64,000 nt of DNA from Ophelia neglecta. Taxonomy: Eukaryota. A program made the translations under genes and the position numbers. Shown here piece after piece: positions 24,101-35,400 of this stretch (positions are counted from its first letter, which is position 1; each line of letters opens with the position of its first letter). The notes beneath the pieces were generated by a model. The model was given only the letters and a program-made list of their open reading frames with translations, had not been told where the DNA came from and searched no databases. The stretch spans positions 49,538,001 to 49,602,000 of the forward strand of contig OZ260667.1 in NCBI GenBank assembly GCA_965285935.1. The letters run 5' to 3'.

Positions 24101-27100
24101 CTGGCGCTCTATGACGCCTCGCTGGCGCACTATTACGCCTAGCTGGTGTTCTATGACGCCTAGCTGGCACTCTTTGACGCCTAGTTTGCGCTCTATGACG
24201 CCTGGCTCGCGCTCTATGACGCCTAGCTGGGGCTCTATGACGCCTAGCTGCTGCTCTATGACGCCTAGCAGCTGCTCTATGATGCCTAGCTGGTGCTCTA
24301 TGACGCCTAACTGGTGCTCTATGACGCCTAGCTGGCACTCTTTGACGCCTAGTTGGCGCTCTATGACGCCTAGCTTGCGCTCTATGACGCCTAGCTGGTG
24401 TTCTATGACGCCTAGCTGGATCTCTATGACGCCTAGCTTGCGCTCCATGACGCCTAGCTGGGGCTCTATGACACCTAGCTGGTGCTCTATGACGCCTAGC
24501 TGGCGCTCTATGACGCCTAGCTGGCGCTCTATGACGCCTTGTTTGCGCTCTTTGACGCCTAGCTTCGGCTCACTGACTCCTAACAGACGCCCTATGACGC
24601 CTAGCTGGTGCTCTATGACGCCTAGCTGCGCTCTATGACGCCTAGCTGGTGCTCTATGACGCCTAGCTGGTGCTCTATGACGCCTAGCTGGGGCTCTTTG
24701 ACGTCTAGCTGGCACTCTTTGATACCTAGTTGGCGCTCCATGACGCCTAGCTGGGGCTCTTTTACGCCAAGCTGGCGCTCTATGACGCCGAGCTGGTGCT
24801 CTTTGACGCGTAGCTGCTGCTCTATGACGCCTAGCTTGCGCTCCATGACGCCGAGCTGGGGCTCTATGACACCTAGCTGGTGCTCTATGACGCCAAGCTG
24901 GTGCTCTATGACGCCTAGCTGGCGCTCTATGACGCCTAGCTGGTGCTTTATGACGCCTAGCTGGTGCTCTATGACGCCTAGCTGGCGCTCTATGACACCT
25001 AGCTGGTGCTCTATGACTCCTAGCTGGTGCTCTATGACGCCTAGCTGGTGCTCTATGACACCTAGCTGGCGCTCTATGACGCCTAGCTGGTGCTCTATGA
25101 CGCCTAGCTGGCGCTCTATGACGCCTAGCTGGTGCTCTATGACGCCTAGCTGGTGCTCTATGACGCCTAGCTGGCGCTCTATGACGCCTAGCTGGTGCTC
25201 TATGACGCCTAGCTGGTGCTCTATGACGCCTAGCTGGTGCTCTATGACGCCTAGCTGGTGCTCTATGACGCCTAGCAGGTGCTCTATGACGCCTAGCTGG
25301 TTCTCTATGATGCCTAGCTGGATCTCTATGACGCCTAGTTGGTGCTCTATGACGCCTAGCTGGCGCTCTATGACGCCTAGCTGGTGCTCTATGACGCCTA
25401 GCTGGTGCTCTATGACGCCTAGCTGGTGTTCTATGACGCCTAACTGATGCTCTATGACGCCTAGCTGGTGCTCTATGACGCCTAGCTGGTGCTCTATGAC
25501 GCCTTGCTAGTGCTTTATGACGCCTAGCTGGCGCCTTATTACTTTTAACAGAGTTGTATGACGCCTAGCTTGGGCCCTATGACGCTCTTTGAGGCCTCAA
25601 TGGCGCTCTATGACGCCTAACTGTCGCTCTATGGCGTCTAACTAGCGCTCTATGGCGCCTTCCTCTACATAAATAGAGTCAGTGAGCTTTCTGAGGTGGG
25701 ATTTCTACCATTGTGGCGTCCATGAGAACTTGCAGAGAAAATACTAATATTTACTTTACGAAAAAGAGCCTTCAGTTGCGGAGACCAAGCCACCTAACTT
25801 CCTTAACAATGCATTATTCCGGTCACGTGATCGAAGCTGGCGGCGATCGGTTGAGATATTTAGGCTGTCAGTTAAGTCTAAACGTTGCTTTTATGAAGGA
25901 AAAGCATGTCATCGCGTTTTTTACATTCAAACTTTGATTAATATGGTACACGTCTGACGTTTTCGTCTTAGCGAATTAATTATAGTTCCTTATCTTCCAC
26001 GATACTTATAAAAGCATTATCATATTTAATAGACCCAGTCTTTGGACTAAAACGAAGTCTGTGCCAACCAATTTTCGCATTAAACAACTAACAAAAGTCG
26101 CCTCCGTGAAAAGCCTTTGCCATTCAGACAAAAACCTTTCCTATCAATATATATATAGGGTTATTTACACCAACGTCGTAATAAATAGGTCTAGGATCTT
26201 CCTTTTCCGGTTTATACTATAATTAGATTAGTTATCCGCCATGCCACTAGGCCAATCCACTCTGATGAGCTTCCCAGTGCACATTTTAAGATGATATTGA
26301 TTTTGCTGAAGCACCTCGTTAATTTTTTATAGCCATGTCGATCTCGGTTAAGACTGATGTCTTATTTCTTATTACTCCCTGGTTCTCCTGATCCTGGAAA
26401 TAAATTGGTAATGAACACCCTCAAAATAGTGTAGAACTTGGATACGGACACCTGCCGGATGTAGGGAACGGTGGGGTGCCCGGGGTAAGTGGCTGGAGGT
26501 GTCGAGGGTCCAGACTACCGCTGTCTTTACACACGTTCCTGCTGGTAATTTCTATTGGTCGTCTGGGGTGGTACCTCTTCCGAGACTGAGGTCTTAGCTC
26601 CCACCCCTCTCTCTCCACCACCTTTCTGGGTGGAGTTATCACCCCCATCCTCATAGTGAAAACAGACACAATTTAATATTCGAAATTTAACTCTTTAGCT
26701 GGAGGCGTCGAGAGTGCTTACTTCCACAGTCCTCACATACATTCCTGCCGGCAAATTCTATTTGGCTTCTGGGCGGTTGCCTCAAATGGAAGTTCTAAAC
26801 CGCTCCCCATCCCTTTTCTGGGAAGCTTTATCATCCCCTTACCCTCAATGGTTCCATAATTGCAGACACAATTATGGAACTTTAACTGTCTTTTTTTTTA
26901 TTGCCAAATTAACTCCCGGCTGATAAAAATAATAAGCCGTGGGAAGACTACCAGTGTCAGCCGAGCACGGGTTTACCCAAATACACCCACGGTCTGTGGT
27001 CCTACAGCAGACATTTAAGTCTAATCTGTGATCGACCATTTTATTAAGTATTTTTGAAATTAACTTGGTATACCAAATGATAGGAATTGAAAACGTGGGT

Positions 27101-29648
27101 GGGGGGGTGGGGGGGTGGGGTGGCGTCTGGTGAGGAGGTCAGCTAGTCACAATTATGCCATTCATTTTTCTACTTCGAATCTACTTACTCTGGAGTACGG
27201 CACAATGCCAGTTTAAGATTGTACGATGATATCAAGGTACGACGCATGTACATCACACGGTGTATCAATCACTGGCATGCATTACACTAGGGAGAAAGCA
27301 CGTGGTAGAGGTCGCTCGAGGAGACCAAAACAGGTTAGGTTCATTTACCGTCCAAACAACCAACGAGCCATGCTTTCTCTATCTGAAGGCTCCCTGCCCG
27401 CGGTTCACTACTTCTAGAACTACATGATCTTGAAGGGGAGAGATAGCGGCGGGTGCAAAATATACTGTACTACACAATGTCCATGTAGAAATAGGTCACC
27501 GGCAGCCTTGTGCCATCACCACAGCAAATTAACTACGGTTAGGCTACAAATATTATGGTTATAATGATACTGAATGTGTTTTTACCATGACTTTCACTAG
27601 CGCAAATCAATATATATTAATGTTTCATCAATGTAGTGCATAGAACCTTGTCGACTTGCTCGATTTGATCATTTCAACGTATTGTTTGTTGGCACAAAGC
27701 AATCAGTTGGCTTTGATTTTTAAATATTCACTAGACTAAGATCGTGCAGATTTCCCACAGCCACATGGATCGATGGGGTGGCATTGTTTTCCGTATAAAA
27801 AGAACGAGTTTATAAAGTAGTATTTTTTTCCAATCATGACAAAGCAATTCGTTGCCATTGCGTCTCTTGACTGTAAAATAATTTATCATAAACCGTATCA
27901 ATATTTAGCCAAATACAGTGAAACCTGCCTTAAAGACCACCTCTATTATCAGACCAACTGCCAATTAAGACCACTGATATGACGACCATGTTACATACTT
28001 ACTATGTTAAATAACCTGTCTAAACATACCACCTCCGAAATCAGACCAGTATTTTCTAGTCCCTTTGGTGGTCTTAATGGACAGGTTTCATTGTAATCAA
28101 ATTATTTCCTATAGTTAACTTCCACGGATTTTCTGCCTACTCACCCCTGACAGCAGTTCGCCGACCATGCCATCCCAGGTGCCGTCTGCCTGTCGGTATC
28201 CATAGCTACCGTCTGCCACGTGCGTTAGCTGGTACCGAAATCCGGCTATCTGTGAAAGCTTGTCGACAAGGTCGGCTACAAAACCAACGTACGGACGCTC
28301 GGAGGACGTCGTCTTGTTGTTGTAATCCCAGTTTCGCATTAAATACGGCTCAACCTGGTAAATGGTTAGAAACGGGTTACGAAGGTACAATTTCAATTTG
28401 CGCTACTCCAAATTGATCCGCAACATTCATTCAAACAGTGAGAGTAAAAAATGATAATATGGAGCGTGATAAGTTCAGCAGAACAGGAAGGCAAAGGTGT
28501 GAGACAGGTTTGCAAATATTAATCCAATGAGATGGACAATTTTGTCTAAACTTACATTTCATGCAAGTCTTAATGGAGCGATAATTATGTCATGGGCATG
28601 CAGTTATTTACTGGAAGGCGGGTGGGGGTGGGGTTGATGGGCAATACACCATTGTGGGAAGGTTACTATATACATTATAAGAAATGTATATACCCAGATG
28701 CTGGAATCGAGGCCCTCGGTCGCAAGGAGTTAACCGCGGTAATCATATGCTAATGAGCTGCGAATCGGGCCGCACATGCGCAGAAGTGTCCGGACGAGCC
28801 AATTTGTAAACAAACAGCCCCATCAATGGGAGCCCCAGCAATGCGGAATAGCCAGAGAAAACTTTTGTATATTTTCTGCGCGGATAATGATTGAACATGG
28901 AAACAACTCATCAATAATACACCGGGAAGAAATGTTGACAGGAGTCTTGTTGATTATTGATGACAAGCTGCGATACAAAGAGGTTTTTTCGTTACAAATG
29001 TCCACTGTCAGCAATCTGGCCAGCACGTGGTGTTGTCAGACCGTTACCGATACGTAAAGGGGCATTATGGTCTATTTGTGACGTATACAACAATACTTGG
29101 TGTTCAAAGTAGTCATAAATCACACATATTCATTAAACAAAATTGATTTTTGACCGAATATTTAGCGGAAGCAAGTACAATGCGAAATGCACATATCATT
29201 TTCGAATATGGCCCCTAACGACTGGATCTCCGAGGCTATCGCTGAAGATATCTGTGGGAAAATAACATCACCAACGCATGTGGCATGCTACTTGAGCAAT
29301 AATCCTACCTTCCGATTCTCTGTACATACATATTTTAAATAATGTTACATGTACCCTCCGACTACGCAAATTTATTGCTGTTAGTGTTTTGGTGACTGCT
29401 GTTCGCTCGTCTTCCTCGTTGTGAACACAATGGCGGCTCTCGAAATTCGCGCATAAAATCCCGCGTACAGCGTGATCTCGTGTGTGGGTAACCTATAACC
29501 ATTTGCGCAATGTGTAAGGAGGGACTGATTCCAATCTCTGGGTACATACATCTCTCAAATTAGTGAAAAAAGATTAATGCACGCACCAACACACTGGTTA
29601 CCCGCAGCTTGGAGCCACTCTCCCCATAACGAGTCGCTGCATCAACAT
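20487..29648 (-). CDS. iGluR ligand-binding-domain-only protein (S1 fused directly to S2, no ion channel, putative GPI anchor); first (signal peptide) exon not identified
   Basis: Exons 29648-29587 (xVDAATRYGESGSKLRVTSVL), 28354-28145 (VEPYLM...GFVADLVDKLSQIAGFRY...VADGSYG...WDGMVGELLSG) and 21170-20487 (RAEMAAAPMYVTSHRASVVDFTEPYM...IRSVDELINQSEIKYGTL...REPCDL...GYALAVQKNS...LYRKWWIGRSEC...). GT-AG introns, phases 0 and 0, about 318 codons with no internal stops. Confidence 0.9.
21884..22919. repeat. ~175-bp direct duplication (21884-22059 and 22745-22919) on either side of the assembly gap
   Basis: ACAGGTAAAAA(A)GGCGAATATT...CACCTCTTGGTAATATCAC occurs twice with a handful of substitutions. 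Confidence 0.9.
22459..22647. other. Assembly gap (189 N)
   Basis: Run of N. Confidence 1.
23634..25660. repeat. 21-bp minisatellite (CTCTATGACGCCTAGCTGGTG), ~95 units, intronic
   Basis: Uninterrupted tandem units. It accounts for all the MTPSWCS, ARRHRAP and LGVIEHQ repeat ORFs. Confidence 0.97.
27916..28093. mobile_element. MITE, CAGTGAAACCTG family
   Basis: TA|CAGTGAAACCTGCCTTAAAGACCACC ... GGTGGTCTTAATGGACAGGTTTCATTG|TA. Confidence 0.85.
28145..28354 (-). CDS. S1 exon of iGluR-LBD-only gene
   Basis: Acceptor TTTACCAG|GTT, donor GGG|GTGAGT; motifs EPYLM, GFVADL, DGSYG and WDGMVGEL. Confidence 0.92.
29587..29648 (-). CDS. 62-bp exon carrying the first beta-strand of S1 (KLRVTSVL)
   Basis: Strong acceptor TTTCCCTTTCAG|AT and donor TTG|GTGCGT. 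Joins in frame to give KLRVTSVLVEPYLM, comparable to GluA2 KTVVVTTILESPYVM. Confidence 0.8.
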
Positions 29649-30278
29649 CTGAAAGGGAAATCAAAAAGTCAAAATTCTGGACAGATTGTAGAAAAGTGTT
29701 GAGCAGAATACCTTTATTTAATGATGACAATTCGTCTCCACAGCTTAGACTTACTCAACAGACAATAGTCCATACAGATTCTGAGTCTAAGTAAAAACTA
29801 AATCATAAAGAATGAATGGCTCATCGCTTTGACAGGATGTTTGGAACAAAGGCTTAACTTGTTTTGTACATCAATTCACCGCGTCATTGTGGTTGAGCAT
29901 ATTTCCTCGACGGTGAACTTATCCATAACTTCTTGGACTTTTAACATATATAGAGAAACATGCTTTTTAGACACCCACTACATTGGGACAACCTTTCATT
30001 TCATAACCTTAATATGAAGACCATACTTTATCATTACAATCTGATAAAAACATCTAAGCAGACGTAAGAAGATCAGTATTTCACATTCCCATCGATGGTC
30101 TTAATTCACATCTTTCCATGTGTAGCTTGTAGCTGCCACAATTCTCCTTCCCCATTTAAGATGCTTTTTAAAGTTGTGTTAAATAGATAATGTTTTGAGT
30201 TTTATGTGAATTCTATTTTAATATAATAGAGGTGACAGATGCCCTGTCAATATTTTAATGATTATACCAGAGTATATA

Positions 30279-30441
30279 CAGGGAAACCCTCCTTAAAGAC
30301 CACCTCTATATTGAGGCCAGCTTTCCCTTCATTATGAAAGCCATTGTGTGCACTTCCAATGTAAAATTACCCGTGTAAACAGACCACCCCTATAATCAGG
30401 CCAACATGAGCCAATCTCTTGGTGGTCTTAATTCATAGGTA
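30279..30441. mobile_element. Degenerate MITE, CAGTGAAACCTG family
   Basis: TA|CAGGGAAACCCTCCTTAAAGACCACCTCT ... GGTGGTCTTAATTCATAGGT. Confidence 0.7.
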
Positions 30442-32094
30442 CCTTGACTCACGGCTACCCAAAAGATGCAATTGGTACAATAACAGAACGTTTCATGTGG
30501 CTTTTATTTTCAGTTTATAGATAGGGGATATGTGTTAGATATTAATCGGCTTTGAGGTTTATAGAATAACGTAGCAAATCTCTGATATATTTTACAATAA
30601 AACATCTTCCTTTTTCCCCGCTTCATTAATGGTGTCAGTTAATTATAATACGCGGCTCTTCCGTCATAAATGGTCGTCCTAAATGGCAGCCGCTTGACCC
30701 TCCTTTGGTCTGCGGGACATTGACAAAGTGCTTCAGAATGGCATCGGTAACACCTGTCGTGGGCGTTTCAGTTAGCGATAACAAGATTTAGTCCCCTAGC
30801 GTGCTTTAATAACGGAAATCTCCCCCATTCAATGGCAACCATCCTCGCCAATGTTGACACATCAGCGTATATCCCCACAAAATCCTCATAACCGCCTTCT
30901 CGGCGCAGTTATTCGATTCTAAAGAAACACTGCCGCCTATTTACACCCAGTGTAATCTTCCGCCGGTTTCAATTAGGAACAACGATATTAAATAACCAAT
31001 CTGCTGCCCCGCGTCTCATAAATTCTCATCTGAGAGGGGAAAAGGTCACAGACAAGTCCCGCAGCAAGTGCTTCATGGAATAAATCCAGACGCGTCTCCA
31101 TAAGTTATAGGTAATGAGCGCCAGTAACCTGGTTGTCCCGTGGGATTCCGCCCTGTCCTGCGGGTTTCCGGGAGGACAGCAGCTGTGGAGCCGCCCATAC
31201 AGGAGTGCTAATGTCCGTCAGTTTGGATGCTAGACACCCAAGTAGTAAATCGCCTCCTGACATAGACCCGCCGGTTTACCTAATGTAATTACCCGAAGAC
31301 GGAGAGCCGGATATCGATATGTAACTGAGACGGCCCGCAGCAAGCTTCCGGTTAGGTGGGCAACGCATTTCATTGTCTTGTACTCCTTCTGTGTCCTCAT
31401 CATAACTAGTTTTGTTAACAGGCCAACAATATATTTATATTATATATTACGATTTAACGAAAAATCCAAGTTAAATATCCGTGAACTTGAAGGTAATGTT
31501 GACTGTCTTTCGTGTATCAAAAAACAACAAAAAAATTAAAGTCCTATTTATTTGAGTCTTAGTGAATTTTCATGCATTATTCCCGTAAACATGTCTAGTA
31601 TCGCGGGGTCTATCCACATCTTCGACTATAAACTGTGATACATTGCATTCTTAGAACAAATCTACAAAGCGCAACTTTTTCTACAGTTTTATAGTGATAT
31701 ATAGTTCTATTAAATGACAGTGATTATCGAAATTATGTCCTTTAAGATACATCTGTTTAAAGGTAGCTTTAGTCGGTACCAACTATTTAAAATGTGATGA
31801 ACGCTTTTCAAATCTCAATCTTTTATTTTTAGCTAGTTTCAATGAACTCGTACACGATTTTTTTTATCTTAAAAGGCCCTGAAACCTGCTTTCTTTTTTT
31901 ACATGAAGAGATCGCTATATAAATATAAATACTTGATTAGATTAAATTAATACCCGGATGCCAGTCACATACAATATACGGCTGCCTTGGAGACATATTG
32001 ACAGTCTCGAACTAAGAAGATCAAACACCAAAGGAAAATTTACTTATAAAATCATGTATGAGAGCATTTTTTTTTTTTGAGGCCTTGGAACAGC

Positions 32095-32420
32095 AGACAA
32101 CATGCTCTTCTTGGTCTGGCCCTGGGAGCGTGTATTGTTTTATGCAAACAGCATGTTCTCGTGGGTGTGGCTCTGGGAGCGTGTTTTATTATCTCGTTGT
32201 ACTGGTTTTGAAATCTTGTGTTTTTCTCTAGTATCTAAAATAGATTCGGATGTGGGAGCGTGTATTATTTAATGCAAACAGCATGCTCTCTTCGGTCTGG
32301 CTCTGGGAGCGTGTTTTATATAAAGCGGACAGCACACTGTCGTTGGTCGGACTGAGGGATCGTGTATTATTCGAAGCGGAAGCATGCTATCGTGGGTCTG
32401 GCTCTGGGAGCGCCTATTAT
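32095..32420. repeat. Degenerate tandem repeat (CAGCATGCT..GGTCTGGCTCTGGGAGCGTGTATT), ~5-6 units
   Basis: TGGGAGCG-type motif recurs at ~32123, 32174, 32253, 32304, 32354 and 32405. Confidence 0.7.
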
Positions 32421-35400
32421 TCCCCGATTGAACATCAGCCTCCAATAGCCTGAGGGTCATTCATTTTGATCAACCCCAACACCGTGTCTTCACTTTAGTA
32501 GATGAAGATGCAGGAGTAGTTTAATGAAAAGACACAATTCCTCTGGGCGAATTAGCAGACGGCTCTCTACTCGCTATGGATATAAATGTTTTCACCCGCC
32601 AGGTTTGCATTATCACCGAAAATGGTGGTGAATTTCACATCGGATGATTAAACGAGTTGTTCTATTCAGTTAAGTATGCTGTTGTAAGAAGGGTCGAAGG
32701 ATACCGCAAACATTGTTTATATCGTCCAGATTGCATACATTGTAATCAGAGACCTCAATGTAAATTACTATGAAATAAAGAACTTCCTCGTCTTGTTTAT
32801 AACACGATATCAATGGGGAACATTGATGCGGTAAGCGGCCCCAGGTGGCAGCACACTGTGAACAGGTCCCTCTGTACTTCCTGTTTGCTGCTAACTGTGT
32901 GAAGACATGTAAATGCACCGGCATATTGGAATTAAACCTCTCAAAACCTTGCTGTTAAATTCCACTGCCTGTCTTATTCAGTATGTGATCAAATGAGTTC
33001 GTTTGAAGTCCAGAGAAAATGGTAAAATGGCCAAAAAGCAATATTTCTAGGAGTTAATGGCAGGAACTGCTTTCAAAAACTTACTAATTGGCTATTTGGG
33101 TATTGTTCTTTTCTGCTTCTTGTTTATAATCAACATACAGAGAAAATGGCACTACAGATGGCCATGGATAAAACTTTAATTGCAACCAAGACAATGTAAT
33201 ATGTTAACGGGGGTCCCAGCAATGCATGGAATAGTCGTACCAAGTGGGTTTTCAATTAACCCTGAAGCGCCGTTATTTGCAATTTGTTAAAGTGGTTCGG
33301 CTCGTCTTTTATACATTAACAACAAAGCTACTAGCTATAAACCTTGTCAACATAGACACTGGCAATATTCTAGTGCTGCCATTAAGTTTGTATCGCATGC
33401 ATTTCAATGAAATAAAGTACCGACGTTATTTGAGCGCAAACCGAGCCGCAATGCCGGCAGACGCCATCGGAATAGTTCATCGTTTGGGTCTAAGTACAAC
33501 AAATGACCGAGACTGCTGCGCAGTCCTTGTTCGGCCAGACAAACAACCACGTGACGTGAGGGCTAACGAGCTGAAAAACGGCCTTAGTACCCATTGGCTT
33601 GTTTTTGTTTGTCATTTACATCCACTTACATCCGGGCACCCGCGGCAGGTGCCATATAACGACTAACGAACCCCTTCCTCCTTGGCCAGTCATCACTAAA
33701 AATGGTAGTAAACTCTGCCGGAAAGCTGCGGGCGTTGATGGTAACGGAAGGCGGGAACAACGTGCCCCCCCCCCCCCTTGAATACACATACTTTCCCCCG
33801 TCCCAACACTATCTACAAATTCAAAACAAACAGAAAACATACCATTGCAAATGACAGCTCTTCTAGATATTTAAGGGCTTCAATTATATATAAATATCAG
33901 CATGCTTTCATAATACAATGGCTACTAGTTGAGTATCAATTATACCATGATCAGGGCCCATAATACAGCAATATACCATGCCATGATGTACTCCTGTGTC
34001 ATGGAAGGTTTATGATTCGACCCTCCAAGCAGGGACTTAATATTCTTATATATGACTGAAACATGGATGTTATGGCTTACCAGATAAGTGTAATACTATG
34101 GCTATACAAGTGAAGACGGACACATCCATCTCCGGGGGCGGGGTCAGCCACATCACGGGAAATCAGGACAACCCTCTTCTTCTAGTACCCCATCTGATCA
34201 AATGAAATGTAAAACATTTTATTCTATAAGAAAATGGGTAATACGGAATTGAGGAATTATATTTTGATAACGTATGGTTGTGCGTGCTTTGTGAAATTGG
34301 GAAAATCCAACCGTACACCGAAAGCGATTCTTGTGTTAAAATCGTGACATTCAAATGTTGATTATAATCAATGCCTACACAATTGCAAAATGACTTTTCA
34401 ACCTTTTCTCAATTGGTAATATTTCATGTGATGCCAGGTCCATGCATGTGTGTACACTTGTAATTATTAAAATATAATCTCGTGACATTTGAACACCACA
34501 AGTCAATATTGTTTCCATAGATATATTTGTCACAAAAATTCAATGTCATTCTTGATATAACAAAAGTGTGTGTGTATGACATTGTTTCAAGGTATAAAAA
34601 CGCAGTACTTTGAAAACCACTGAAGTCTGAGAGCATAAAACGGGAAATAGTCCGTAGTAAGCCAAAATACATTGTGAGCAATTAACCGTAAGAGAATGAA
34701 AAATAACCCTTACACCTTATTGCACTTTAGTTCACAGGCAACTTTGTATAGTTGTCGGTTTCGCCATTTTTCTCTAATTATTCTGAGCGCGTTTATTGAC
34801 CATTAAAACATTAGCTCGGCGGCTTTTAGAGTATAACTAAACGGCCTTGCTTGAAACCATTAAATGGCCCAATATATGGTGGACACCCTTGTATAGCTGT
34901 CAGTGACATCAGCCATGTTGTCCAGCAAATCGTTGGAGCATAATATAAATCACATTTCTATAACCTCTATAGTTACCTAGTTTAAGGCGAAGTAACCATG
35001 AGCAGGTGCTAAAAGCAATAGTTACGAAATGATGTTTAACAATTTTCCACCCCATAAGTGTATATAATGAGCAATTCTTAGCATAGTCGTAATTCTAGTG
35101 CCTCGTATTGTTCACTCCCAAATATGAATAGTGATTGCCAAAAACCCTATTCATACTTTGTGCATATGATTTCTTTTGGAATAAGAGAACCTAAATTTTG
35201 TATTTTTGCAATTCTTAATGCTATAAAATAATCAATTGCCGTGTGATTCATTCAAAAAAATTTGTGCAAAAATGCATGATTATCTGCACGTTGTTTTGTA
35301 GTTGCTATTACACAGTACGATCTAGGTTATTATGCATTAATTATTATATTCTATGTATATTTACCAAAATTAACAATAAAAACTCTTGCGATTATGATGA

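Noticed and set aside
23627-25447. Long repeat ORFs (LGVIEHQ heptad 'coiled coil', MTPSWCS, ARRHRAP)
   Set aside because: By-product of a 21-bp stop-poor minisatellite that is open in several frames on both strands, broken by a 1-bp deletion near 24628, and intronic with no supporting splice sites.
20487-29648. Bacterial periplasmic amino-acid-binding protein (horizontal transfer or contamination) as the origin of the channel-less LBD
   Set aside because: The gene has spliceosomal introns and animal iGluR-specific motifs (DG.YG, W.GMVGEL, PCD, KWW...EC disulfide).
20487-29648. Ordinary iGluR whose transmembrane exons were simply missed, or a decayed pseudogene
   Set aside because: S1 and S2 are contiguous in one exon, so transmembrane exons cannot be inserted. 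There are no stops or frameshifts in ~318 codons, splice sites are intact and the junction is a clean in-frame linker. Expression data are still needed.
29755-29786. Candidate upstream exon (..MDYCLL|GTAAGT) for the LBD-only gene; other phase-1 donors near 33630, 38103, 49489 and 58415 were also examined
   Set aside because: None gives a convincing Met-initiated hydrophobic signal peptide, and I cannot choose among them without transcripts.
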